The notes under the pieces: generated by a model | Told to the model about the DNA's origin: nothing | Database searches by the model: none | What the model saw: the letters and a program-made list of their open reading frames with translations, nothing else | Position numbers and translations under genes: made by a program | In this document: positions 54,485 through 63,760 of the stretch, piece after piece | Layout: every line of letters begins with the position of its first letter | Position numbering within the stretch: position 1 is the stretch's first letter | NCBI GenBank assembly: GCA_963795855.1 | Contig: CAWCIZ010000001.1 | Location: 640,001 to 704,000, forward strand | DNA: 64,000 nucleotides | Direction: 5' to 3' | Origin: Vulcanimicrobiota bacterium | GTDB taxonomy: Bacteria; Vulcanimicrobiota; Vulcanimicrobiia; Vulcanimicrobiales; Vulcanimicrobiaceae

Positions 54485-55191
54485 GTGATTCCGTATAAAG
54501 ACGAACGGCGCCCGGCGGTCTTCGCGGGTGCCGTTTGGCTTCTCGTGGCGGCGAACGTCTGCGGTTTCTATTTGGAGATCACCGCCCGCAATCCGCCGAA
54601 GTCATCATCGAGTTCTTTGCGCTGATTCCGTACGACGTCACGCACGCGATTCAATTACCGCCGCCCTCGCCCCATCCATATTGGCTCACGACGATTACTT
54701 CGATGTTCCTGCACGGCGGATACGCGCACATCTTTTTCAACATGTTGTTTCTCGTCGTGTTCGGTCCGCGGATGGAGCGCTATCTCGGGCACTTCGGCTT
54801 CTTGATTGTCTATCTGTTCTGCGGAGTGATGGGCGGCATCGCGCAAATGTGGGCGGCGCCCTACAGTCACATCCCGGAGATCGGCGCTTCCGGTGCGATA
54901 GCGGGAATTCTGGGCGCGTACATCGTGACCTATCCGACGGCGCGCATCGACACCGTAACGCCGATTGGGTGCTTTCCGCTGTTTCTGCGCCTGCCCGCGG
55001 TCGCGTTCATCGGCATCTGGGCGTTCCTGCAATTTTTTCTCGGGTTCGAAACGTTCGATCCGCGAGCGAACGCGGGCGGCGTCGCATATTTCGCGCACAT
55101 CGGCGGTTTCTCGAGCGGCGCGATCCTGATCGGCGCATACGGACTCTTCGCCAGACGGGACCGCGGTGGGCCGCCGCGAAGTTCGCGCTGA
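54485..55191 (+). CDS. Rhomboid intramembrane serine protease (frameshift near the 5' end)
   Basis: MIPYKDE start, SMFLHGG..HIFFNM, GASGAIAG and AHIGGF motifs. Confidence 0.92.
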
Positions 55192-56129
55192 TGGAGCAAG
55201 CAAAGGTGCGCGCCGGCATCATCGGGTCGGGCGCGATGGGCACGCTCTTCGGCTATCATCTCGCGTCGCAATGCGAGGTGACGATGCTCGACAGCAACCG
55301 CGCCGTTCTCGATGAGATCGAGCGCAACGGCGGTTTGAGCGTGAACGACGCGGCGCCGCGGCCGGTGCGCGTCGGACGATCGGCGCGTGAACTCTACGGC
55401 TCCAATTTCGTTTTTCTGTTCGTCAAAGCGGTCGACACGCTTCGAGCGCTGCGGCCTTTCGCCGGCGAGCTGAGTCCCTCGACGCCGATCGTCTCACTGC
55501 AGAACGGCGTCGGCAACGAAGACGCCATCAAGACCGCGCTCGGCGGGGCAGTGCCGGTTGTGCTCGGTATCACGACCGAGTCGTCGCTGACCGTAACGCC
55601 CGGACGAGTGCGCAGTTCGGAACAAGGGAGCACGATCATCGGGTCCGGAGGCGCATCGCCCGCAACGTCGCGAAGCGTGGCGGAACTGCTGGTGAAAAGC
55701 GGCATGAGAGCGAGCGTCGTCTACGACATTCGCCCGCACATGTGGGGGAAACTCGTGGCGAATGCCTCCGTGAACGCGGTGAGCGCATTGCTCGATTGCG
55801 ATTCCGGCGACATTCTCAAAGATCCGAATGCCGCGCGGTTGGCGGAAGCGCTGGCGGAGGAAGCAGCGGAAGTGGCGGCGGCGCTCAAAATAAACCTCCC
55901 GTTCGCCAATCCATGGCAATACGTTGCCGAAGTCATAGCGGTGGGTGCCGACAGCAAGAGTTCGATGGCGTTCGATTTGGACTCCGGTCATCCGAGTGAA
56001 ATCGATCACATCAACGGTGCGGTGTGCGCCGCCGGACGACGCACCGGCGTGTCGACGCCGTACAACGACTCGGTGGTGCGGCTCATTAAAGCGAAGGAAG
56101 CACTTACGGCGAAGACGCGCCGCCCTTGA
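55191..56129 (+). CDS. panE: 2-dehydropantoate 2-reductase
   Basis: GSGAMG, LFVKA, LQNGVG, WGKLVAN, SSMAFD and EIDHING motifs. Confidence 0.9.
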   Translation: MEQAKVRAGIIGSGAMGTLFGYHLASQCEVTMLDSNRAVLDEIERNGGLSVNDAAPRPVRVGRSARELYGSNFVFLFVKAVDTLRALRPFAGELSPSTPIVSLQNGVGNEDAIKTALGGAVPVVLGITTESSLTVTPGRVRSSEQGSTIIGSGGASPATSRSVAELLVKSGMRASVVYDIRPHMWGKLVANASVNAVSALLDCDSGDILKDPNAARLAEALAEEAAEVAAALKINLPFANPWQYVAEVIAVGADSKSSMAFDLDSGHPSEIDHINGAVCAAGRRTGVSTPYNDSVVRLIKAKEALTAKTRRP

Positions 56130-56460
56130 CCGCGATCGCGGTCACTTCAAAATGCGCTCCGAAGAGCAGTGGTCCTGAACCGAGAAACGCGCGCGCCGGC
56201 AGCGGTCCCGAAAAATACTGCAGATAGATTTCGTTGAACGCCGCGTAAAGCGAAACGTCGGGCGTGTAAATCGTCACCTGCACCAGGTCGCTCATCGAAA
56301 GTTCGTACTTGCCGAGCACGTCGCGCAGCCCGTCCATCAGCAAACGAACTTCACGCGCCGCATCGTTCGGCGGAAGATTGGTGCTCGGATCCAATCCGAT
56401 GCGTCCGGCAACGTAGTACGTCGTGCCCGCTTGTACGACTTCGCGAAATGGTTTGTTCAC
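56104..56460 (-). CDS. RidA/YjgF family protein
   Basis: YVAGRIG, FNEIY..YF..PLPAR and FEVTAIA motifs. Confidence 0.88.
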   Translation of the reverse strand: MNKPFREVVQAGTTYYVAGRIGLDPSTNLPPNDAAREVRLLMDGLRDVLGKYELSMSDLVQVTIYTPDVSLYAAFNEIYLQYFSGPLPARAFLGSGPLLFGAHFEVTAIAVKGGASSP

Positions 56461-57218
56461 TCGCGCACTCCGTCGTGAGGCCAAAATCCGTAGAGTGCGC
56501 GACCCGGCTCGAGATCCCAGAAGCGCGTCAAGTTGTCGCCGACGCCGTACACGACCGCATACGGCACGTCGCGTGCCAAAATCGCGCGCACGAGGCGCGC
56601 AAAGTCGCGATGCGACATCCACGTTGCCGCATAACGCTTGAATTTTTGCTCGTCGGTCAAGCCCAGCCACCCGCTCGATTGCCGCACGCTCTGGTCGCGC
56701 GGGTCGTCGGCTTCGGTGATCGAGCCGATGCGGATGCACGAAACTTGCATGTCATATTTTTCGCTGTAATACCGGCCGAGCGTTTCCCCGAACGCTTTCC
56801 ATACGCCGTACAAACCGTCCGGGCGGTACGGCGCGCCGGTGCCTACGACCAAACCGTAGGCCGGCTCGTAGAGCGCGGGCGCGTGCTCGACTTCGTTCAT
56901 CCCCACGCAGTGGTTCGAGCTGGCGAAGATGATGCGCCGCAGCCCGTTCCGCCTCGCCGCTTCGTACACGTTGTACGTGCCGCCGATGTTCGTCGTATAG
57001 ACGCTCTCCCAGTCGGCATCCACCTCGACGACGCCCGCCAGATGTACGACGGTTTCGCAGCCCTTCAAAACCTGCAGCATTGCGTCCGCATCGCGAACGT
57101 CCGCGTTTACCGCCGCGTTCGCGAGGTCTATCCCGACGACGTCGTGATCGCGCGCCAAGTCCGCGCACAAACGTGTGCCAATAGTCCCATTCGAACCGGT
57201 TACTGCAATCTTTGACAT
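56457..57218 (-). CDS. NAD-dependent epimerase/dehydrogenase (uronate dehydrogenase-like SDR)
   Basis: VTGSNGTIG, VVHLAG, FASSNH, YGVWK, IRIGS and WMSHRD motifs. Confidence 0.85.
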   Translation of the reverse strand: MSKIAVTGSNGTIGTRLCADLARDHDVVGIDLANAAVNADVRDADAMLQVLKGCETVVHLAGVVEVDADWESVYTTNIGGTYNVYEAARRNGLRRIIFASSNHCVGMNEVEHAPALYEPAYGLVVGTGAPYRPDGLYGVWKAFGETLGRYYSEKYDMQVSCIRIGSITEADDPRDQSVRQSSGWLGLTDEQKFKRYAATWMSHRDFARLVRAILARDVPYAVVYGVGDNLTRFWDLEPGRALYGFWPHDGVRE

Positions 57219-57247
57219 TAGTCGCCCGATTCTACTACGCTATGGAG

Positions 57248-58142
57248 ATGAACTGCCCAACTTGTCAAGCCGCGGTCCCGGACCGCGTGAATTTCTGCCC
57301 GAACTGCGGGGCCGCGGTTGGGCAGCCGACGACAGTCGACAACTACACCGAGCCGCAGCCGGAAGTCGCGAATCCCAAGACGCCGATGACGCTCGCCGAT
57401 ATGACCATACGCGTCGAAGGCGAGCTCGTTCCCGTCGTGGACGTCGAACTCGGTCGCGCGCAAACGGTGTATTTCGAACATCACATCGTGCTTTGGAAAC
57501 AGCCGAACGTCACGCTCGGTTTCATGAGTTTGCAGAACGCGGCAAAGCGCATGTTCGCGGGGCTGCAAATATTCATTTCAACCGCGCAAGGCCCCGGCAA
57601 CATCGCGTTCTCACGCGAAGCGCCCGGGCAAATCGTCGCGCTTCGGATGCAGCCCGGACAGTCCGATCGACGTGCGCGAACATCAGTTTCTGCTCGCTAC
57701 CGGCAACGTCGACTACAATTTCTACTGGCAGCAAGGACTTGCCAACGTATTGTTCGCGCGCACCGGCCTGTTCATCGATCGCTTTACGGCGACGAATTCC
57801 GAAGGGCTGCTTTTACTGCACGGCTACGGAAACGTGTTCGAGAAAAACCTCGCGGCCGGAGAAATGCTCGACGTCGAGCCCGGCGGTTGGCTTTGGAAAG
57901 ACGCGAACGTGCGCATGGACACGGTTTCCGTGTTGAAGTCCGGCGGAGGCGGCGGATTGATGGGGGCGCTCGGCGCGTTCGTCGGCGGCGCGGCGCTGAT
58001 GCTCAATCGCTTCTACGGTCCGGGGCGCGTCGGCATACAATCGATGACGTACCACGAACCGCAAGCCGAAGGCGCGACCCAAACCGGCGGCACGAGCAAT
58101 ATCGGAAATGTGCTGAACTCGTTTCTGAACCCGCGCCAGTAG
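57248..58142 (+). CDS. AIM24-family protein with N-terminal zinc ribbon (frameshift near 57665)
   Basis: CPTC...FCPNCG zinc ribbon, VYFEHH, GPGNIAFS, LHGYGNVFE and GPGRVGIQSM motifs. Confidence 0.85.
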
Positions 58143-58399
58143 CGTCGCTTTCCATTTATCGAGGTGGGCTGCGATGGTCGCGCTCGAAAAAAAGTTGGTA
58201 CGGCTTTTCAACGTACTTGCACGTATTTGCTTGGACACATTTCTTTGGCGCGTTGGCAATCGCGAATGTAGCGATTCTGAGCGCGTTCGGAGCACGGTCA
58301 GATTTGACGATGCGAATCGAGCCACAACGTCGCATACGCAGCACATGTGCGAGGAGCCGGCGAATGAGGAGAATCGTGGTTCCGAATCGCTACGCTGCA

Positions 58400-58900
58400 G
58401 AACAAGACGAAGAAGTGCCGATGACCTCGCGGCTTACGCGCGGTGGCTGGCACGGCATGGCTACGGCGACAGACGTCATTCGGTCTACTGGGAAATAGCA
58501 CCGGCGCGTTATTAGTGGGAATGGCGCTGACTCGTAATCCGAACCTTTATCGATCAGCCGATGGCGAAAGCGGCGTGTACGATCTCCTTCGGAGTGGTCA
58601 TGGGCATTAACGTTTGTTGACGCGAAACTAGGCGCGGCTTCTGATCCTACCGAAAGGTCTTGGATGGAAGCGAAATCGCCATATTCAAACATCGTACAGG
58701 GTATCGTTTATCCATCTGTATTCGTCTCCTATGGAGCGAATGATGTATAGCCCGCCGATGAATACGCGCAAATTTGCTGCCAGGCTACTTGATGTGATGG
58801 CCGCAGATGCGGTAGTAATGCGAGTGTGTCAGGGAGAAGGGCACGGGGCGCACATCTCCTGCACCAGCGGAGTTGAACACAGAATCGAAGGGTTAACTTG
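58400..58900 (+). pseudogene. Decayed prolyl oligopeptidase (S9) catalytic domain
   Basis: Read across frames: DDLAAYARWLARHGY / GNSTGALLVGMALTRNPNLY..SGVYDLLR / SPYSNI...YPSVFVSYGANDV / KFAARL...GEGHG. These give the Ser, Asp and His motifs. Confidence 0.7.
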
Positions 58901-58917
58901 TTCCACCACACCTTACG

Positions 58918-59497
58918 ATGACGGCGTCAGAACATTACGCACGCTCCATACCATTTGCGATCGCAATCTTCATGACCGCCTGCAGTGCGCCCCATCCGCT
59001 CAGCGCACAACCATCTGCAACGTTCCACGTATCGTCTACATCGCCAAAACCGCGGAGTCTGTCTGACGGCTACGCGCCCACTGCTCTTCCAGCGATGGCG
59101 GACAGCACCGTCAGGTGTATAAGTGCCGCAACGGCTCCCTCATTGCCCTCGGACGAGGTTTACCATGAGTGCCTATCCGACTCCAGAATCGCTTTTGCAT
59201 TCTAAAGAGCCAAAGTTGAGGAAAGATGAAGACACCTTGACGTCCGCAATCCTCCTGATATATGCGGCGTACGCGCTCCAGCGCGCCCATGGTAGAGACG
59301 AATATAGCCGCAACAGCCCACGGATTGCGATAACCGCACAAGAGCCGCACCGAATGATTGCCGAAGCGCGGCGACGGTTGACTGACTTGTCATACAACGG
59401 ATCGACCCGGGACGTGCGCGAACGGGCTCGTGGTGTGCGGAACTGCTTAATAGATGTTGACGGCCCGTGCCTCGAAAAATGGGCAACGACACAGTAA
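58918..59497 (+). CDS. Possible hypothetical lipoprotein inside the insertion (frameshifted or degenerate)
   Basis: ORF 58918..59205 has IPFAIAIFMTAC (lipobox-like) and may join the helical ORF ending at 59497. Confidence 0.35.
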
Positions 59498-59602
59498 CGT
59501 TACATGTCCAGCCGAGAGCGTGGTAGCGCTTCTTAATACTGCCAAATAATAGCGACTCGACTTATTTGTGTGCTGAACTCGTTTCTGAACCCGCGTCAGT
59601 AA

Positions 59603-60313
59603 TCAGATCTGCGGCTTGAGCTGCAGCACGCGAATGATGCCGTTGTGCACTTCGACGTCGATCGATCGCGGGCCGCCGCCGTTGATGACGCCGTCGAGCG
59701 TTTCGTTCGAGCCGTGCGAACTCGGCTTGAACCCCTGCGGCGGGAAGTCGGTGAACAGTGTGCCGTTGTCGGTGTGGAGACGCACGTGCGCTTGCGCGTG
59801 CTCGTTGACGTAGAGTTCGACGTTGCCATTACCGACAGTGAAGTTCAGCGTGCCTGGCCAATCCGTGGACGCGAAGATTACGCTGATGTTTCCCGTGCCT
59901 ATCGAGGCGCTGCCGTACCGCGGGATCAGCATCGCGATGTTGCCGCGATCCGTGTGCGCGTTGACGACGCCCTCGAAGTCGCCCACGTGGATGTCGCCCT
60001 GCTGCGTACTGAGATCCATAGAGCCGCCCTTTGGCCCGCGCAGCAGCATGTTCACTCCGGGCTGCACCGCTTGAGCGGTAACCAGGAGCGGCGCTTTCCG
60101 AATCCGCACGCTGCCGGGCGGTCCATACGCCGCCACCGTGTACTCATCGCTGGGCTGATTGCGCTGCGGTGCGTACGCCTCGATGTTACCCTTGAGGTTG
60201 CGCGCGACGATCGTCGCACCCGTAGGAAATACGCCGGTTTGCTGGATTGCCGGCGGCGGCGCCGCACAGCCGGCAATAAAGACCAGCGGAAGAAGAAGTG
60301 CCGTCCGCCTCAC
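59603..60313 (-). CDS. DUF4097/adhesin-like beta-repeat lipoprotein
   Basis: IAGC lipobox and repeated S/T-x-x-G-x-I units (STQQGDI, TDRGNI, GTGNI, GNGNV, TDNGTL, HNGII). Confidence 0.75.
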   Translation of the reverse strand: MRRTALLLPLVFIAGCAAPPPAIQQTGVFPTGATIVARNLKGNIEAYAPQRNQPSDEYTVAAYGPPGSVRIRKAPLLVTAQAVQPGVNMLLRGPKGGSMDLSTQQGDIHVGDFEGVVNAHTDRGNIAMLIPRYGSASIGTGNISVIFASTDWPGTLNFTVGNGNVELYVNEHAQAHVRLHTDNGTLFTDFPPQGFKPSSHGSNETLDGVINGGGPRSIDVEVHNGIIRVLQLKPQI

Positions 60314-60939
60314 CGTGCAGCGGTTCGCAGCAGTGTCTCGATCTCCTCGATGCGTGACGTTACTTCGCGCTCGAGCGCGGGATCGCGCAGAATCGGCAGC
60401 ACGTCGCGTTTCGTCTTTTCGACGTAGCGGCGCCAGCGATCGACCGAGTCGCCACGCTTGACGTCCTTTATGACGTCTTGCAGATTCGCGCAGCGGTCCG
60501 CGCATTTCACGATAACCGCCTCGCTATCTTGCGCAATTCCATGATAGTACTGCGGTGCGTCGGGATCGCCGGCCGGTTCCGTCAGACGTTCCACGAGCGC
60601 GAGCAGATTGCCATCGTCCGAAAAGCGGGCACGCAATTCCGCGCGCGGAAGTTTCGTGTCTTCGAGCACGTCGTGCAGCAAGGCAGCGGCTGTGCAGCGA
60701 TCCAGCGCCGGTTCATCGAGCGTAACGACACCGGCGCGGCTCCATCGCACCACGAGCGTAGCCGCCAGCCGCGGATGATCGATGTACGGCGTGACGCGAT
60801 CGGCGCGCCGCTGGCCGATGGCGCCGTGTGCGACGGATGCTACGACGTCCGCGAGCGCAATGAGGGCCGAGCGTTTTATGGCGTCCTGCAGTTCCGCCGA
60901 GTATGGCGCGGGTGGCTTGGGATACTCGCGGCTTGCCAC
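60310..60939 (-). CDS. HD-domain small alarmone hydrolase-like protein (RelA/SpoT HD, Mesh1-like)
   Basis: AH..GQRR, PYIDHP, AALLHDVLEDT, LVERLT and VKCADRCANL motifs. Confidence 0.85.
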   Translation of the reverse strand: MASREYPKPPAPYSAELQDAIKRSALIALADVVASVAHGAIGQRRADRVTPYIDHPRLAATLVVRWSRAGVVTLDEPALDRCTAAALLHDVLEDTKLPRAELRARFSDDGNLLALVERLTEPAGDPDAPQYYHGIAQDSEAVIVKCADRCANLQDVIKDVKRGDSVDRWRRYVEKTKRDVLPILRDPALEREVTSRIEEIETLLRTAAR

Positions 60940-60944
60940 CGCGT

Positions 60945-61906
60945 TTAGCGTCCGTCCATGCGATCGCGCGGATGCGCCTGGTCGTAGGCTCGCTTCTTAT
61001 GCGCAAAGTCGACGTTCGTGTAGATCTGCGTCGTCGCGACGCTCTCGTGCCCGAGCAGTTCTTTGATCGTCACCAAATCCACGCCGTTCTGGAGAAGATG
61101 CGTCGCGAAGGAATGGCGCAGCGTGTGCGGCGTGGCCTGTTCGTCGACGCCGCTGATTTTGTACAGCTCTTTAAAGATGTACCAGACGTGCCGCGGCGTA
61201 AGCCGTTTCCCGCCGACGCCGACGAAGAGCGCCGGATCGGTGGTGCGGGGACGCACGCCCATGTAGCGCTGAATCGCGTCCACCGTGGCTTGGTTGATGA
61301 TGACCAGACGCTGCTTGGCGCCCTTGCCGTGAACGCGTACCGTTCGGTCGCGGAGATTCACGTCGCTGATGTCGATGCGCGCCACCTCCGCGCGCCGTAC
61401 GCCGCTGCCGTACAACAGACTCGACGATCGCCGCCGCGCGCAGCCGCTGAAAAGGCGTCCAATCAGCGCGTTCCGCCGTCAGAAGACTTGCCGACCTCGG
61501 GTTGCCCCAGTACCTTCGGAAGTTTCTTTTCGATGGGCGGCGATGGGATGTCGGCCGCCGGATTGTCCTCGCGGATGCGCTCGTACTTGAGGTACTTGTA
61601 GAACGACCGCAGCGAGCAGATCTTGCGGCGGATCGCGACCATTTGGTAGTTTCGGCGCCCGGCCAAATCGGCGATGAATCGCCGCACGTCGCTCTGCGTT
61701 GCGCTCACGAGTGCCGGCCACGCCTTGCGGTTTCCCTCCGCGTCCAGCACGCTTTCGCCGGCCAGGAATGCGCCGAATAGTTCCAAGTCGCGCGCATAGG
61801 CATCGACCGTGAGACGGCTGCGGTTTCGCTCTTGCAGCAGGTACGCGCCGTGCAGCAGAATGTTCGGATCGAGCGGAGCCGACTGCTCGTGGCCGTGCTT
61901 TCTCAT
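60945..61906 (-). CDS. XerC/XerD-family tyrosine recombinase (two 1-bp insertions near 61486 and 61419)
   Basis: TVDAYARDL, LPKVL, YGSGVRRAE, HGKG, PHTLRHSFATHLL and LLGHESVATTQIYT give a complete R-K-H-R-H-Y set once the indels are removed. Confidence 0.9.
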
Positions 61907-61949
61907 GGTCGCCCTTTCTCCACAGGCTTCTCCTCAGAGGCTGCTGGCT

Positions 61950-61975
61950 TATCACAGAATAACTGTTTCATGATA
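61950..61975. promoter_or_regulatory. AT-rich imperfect palindrome, candidate Xer binding / dif-like site
   Basis: TATCACAGAATAACTGTTTCATGATA lies about 45 bp upstream of the recombinase start. Confidence 0.4.
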
Positions 61976-62280
61976 TTTGCAGAGAAGGGCGACGGCTCCT
62001 GTGGACATCTGGCGAACCCGTCTATTACGGCGGCTCTTCTGCGCAGCGGGTGGTATACTGGCTCGCCTATGACGGAGCAGGGCCGGGCTGCACCGGATCA
62101 CGGCGAACTATATGTCCGCGAATGGGCGTGCGCCGCGGTTCTGACGCGTCCGGGTTTTACCATCGCGGGACGGCGCGCGCGCCATAGATGGGGCGTTCGG
62201 CCCTTAACGCGTTCTTACGTCGACCTAACAGTTCGGAATTGTTCGGCGCGCTGTTAGGCTGCAAACTTAATAGCACGGCT

Positions 62281-62910
62281 ATGATGACCGCAACTTCATC
62301 CCTGCGTGTGTTCATCGTTGAACGGCAACTGCTATTCGGTGCTGCGATCGCGGAGATACTAGCGCTGGATCCCGGAATAGCGGCTGCCGTTACGGTTTCC
62401 GAGCGAGAATCGGCTCAATTACTCGCTTCGGATGCCGACGTCATCGTGCTCGACGCTGATTCCGAAGACATAGAGGATGCCGTCGAGTATTTGCGAGCGG
62501 TCATGCGCGAAAGCCGCATTTGCTTTCTCTCCATGCACGCCGATCCGGACGTCATGCAGCGGTGTATGGCCGCCGGCGCCGACGGTTTCGTGATCAAGGA
62601 TTCATCGCTTCAGGACCTCGTCGCGGCGATAAAGACGATTGGTAACGGCGAGAGTTACGTCGATCCGCGTGCGGCCGCGGCACTGCTGCGGCGGCCTTCC
62701 GGAGAGCTCCCGTACCGCATGCGTCTTTCGCCGCGCGAAACGGACATCATTCGGTTGATCGCTCAGGGGTTATCGAATCGGGAAATCGGCAGCCGCCTTT
62801 TTCTTTCGGAAAAAACCGTCAAAAACCACGTAAGCCGCATCTTTTCGAAGCTGCACTTCACGACGCGGGCGCAAGCGGCAGTTCATGCGATTCGCACCGG
62901 CTTGGTTTAA
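62281..62910 (+). CDS. NarL/LuxR-family response regulator, paralog of 630..1268
   Basis: VERQLLFG, VLDAD, LSM, GADGFVIKD, ESYVDPR and LSPRETDIIRLIAQGLSNREIG motifs. Confidence 0.9.
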   Translation: MMTATSSLRVFIVERQLLFGAAIAEILALDPGIAAAVTVSERESAQLLASDADVIVLDADSEDIEDAVEYLRAVMRESRICFLSMHADPDVMQRCMAAGADGFVIKDSSLQDLVAAIKTIGNGESYVDPRAAAALLRRPSGELPYRMRLSPRETDIIRLIAQGLSNREIGSRLFLSEKTVKNHVSRIFSKLHFTTRAQAAVHAIRTGLV

Positions 62911-63097
62911 CGTGTCTGAACGAAGTCTGCGAATTTCTTTAATTGACATTCGCTGGACTTCCAACCGACCTGCACCTGCGTAACAGACTTTATGCGGGCG
63001 CTCCAAGTGTCCTTTGATCTGCGGGCTCATGGCAACGAGCTCTGCACGCAGCTGCGCCATCGTATGCGCGGGCCTACTTCTCTACGCGCAGTCCGCT

Positions 63098-63140
63098 TCA
63101 GGTGATCGGGAATCTCATAGCGGGATCCCCGATCGCCTGA
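63098..63140. terminator. Strong hairpin between convergent genes
   Basis: TCAGGTGATCGGG...CCCGATCGCCTGA stem, just downstream of the minus-strand stop at 63153. Confidence 0.55.
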
Positions 63141-63152
63141 CGTTTAGAACGT

Positions 63153-63494
63153 TTACTGCTTTCCGATGCGTTGGTTGGCGTTGTTGAGTACGTAGATTTT
63201 ATCGGCGTGCCTGATGCCCAGAGCCTTCTGGTCGTAGATGATGCCGACGTATTGTCCCGCTTTGATCTTGCGCATTTGGTAGGTGGTCTTGCCGTCGGCC
63301 GAAAAGACTTGATCGAATTTCGGCAGGATCTCAAAGCTCAAGGTTTGCTTGGACTTGGGATCATACACCTTGATGTTGTTCGTTGAGACGTGGCGGGTGA
63401 TGCCATAGAATGTTGACGCCGCCAGCGCCGTACTGGTTCCGAACATTGCGAGCGCGCAAGCCAGTGCCAGCGAGAGGGCAAAAAGACGTTTCAC
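63153..63494 (-). CDS. Small secreted protein (OB-fold-like)
   Basis: AGGAG RBS, signal peptide MKRLFALSLALACALAMFGTSTALA and the IKAGQYVGIIY...ADKIYV pattern. Confidence 0.7.
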   Translation of the reverse strand: MKRLFALSLALACALAMFGTSTALAASTFYGITRHVSTNNIKVYDPKSKQTLSFEILPKFDQVFSADGKTTYQMRKIKAGQYVGIIYDQKALGIRHADKIYVLNNANQRIGKQ

Positions 63495-63760
63495 GTGTGC
63501 TTGCTCCTATAAATTCCGGTTAATTCAGTGAAATTGGCGCAATTTGGGGCGCCGAGGTGGTAACGTCCAGCCGGCATGTTTGCGTTCCGGCCTGCTATGT
63601 CCGGTATTTTGGGGCAACGGACGAGCGTGCGGTTCCGTTAGGTTCGCGGCCGGCGCGCTGTGGGCAGCGGCGGGTCGGTCAACCTGGCTGGCGCCTTTTT
63701 AGCTGACGATAACCGGTCCAGCTGAACAACTCGTTCGCGTTCTACACTGCGAGCGACTCG

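Larger units (their letters stand above)
58109..59601. mobile_element. Small insertion or island remnant bounded by 33-bp direct repeats duplicating the AIM24 gene 3' end
   Basis: TGTGCTGAACTCGTTTCTGAACCCGCG(C/T)CAGTA occurs at 58109-58141 and 59569-59601. The DNA between is visibly less GC-rich and poorly coding. Confidence 0.75.

Noticed and set aside
62770..63060. Minus-strand 96-aa ORF downstream of the second LuxR regulator
   Set aside because: It overlaps the regulator by 140 bp, has no recognisable motif and has no convincing RBS.
63690..63715. c-di-AMP (ydaO) riboswitch suggested by CGTCAGCTAA on the minus strand
   Set aside because: The other conserved elements (GGGGGAACC, TGGGGTGAATC, GTAGGG) are missing on that strand.
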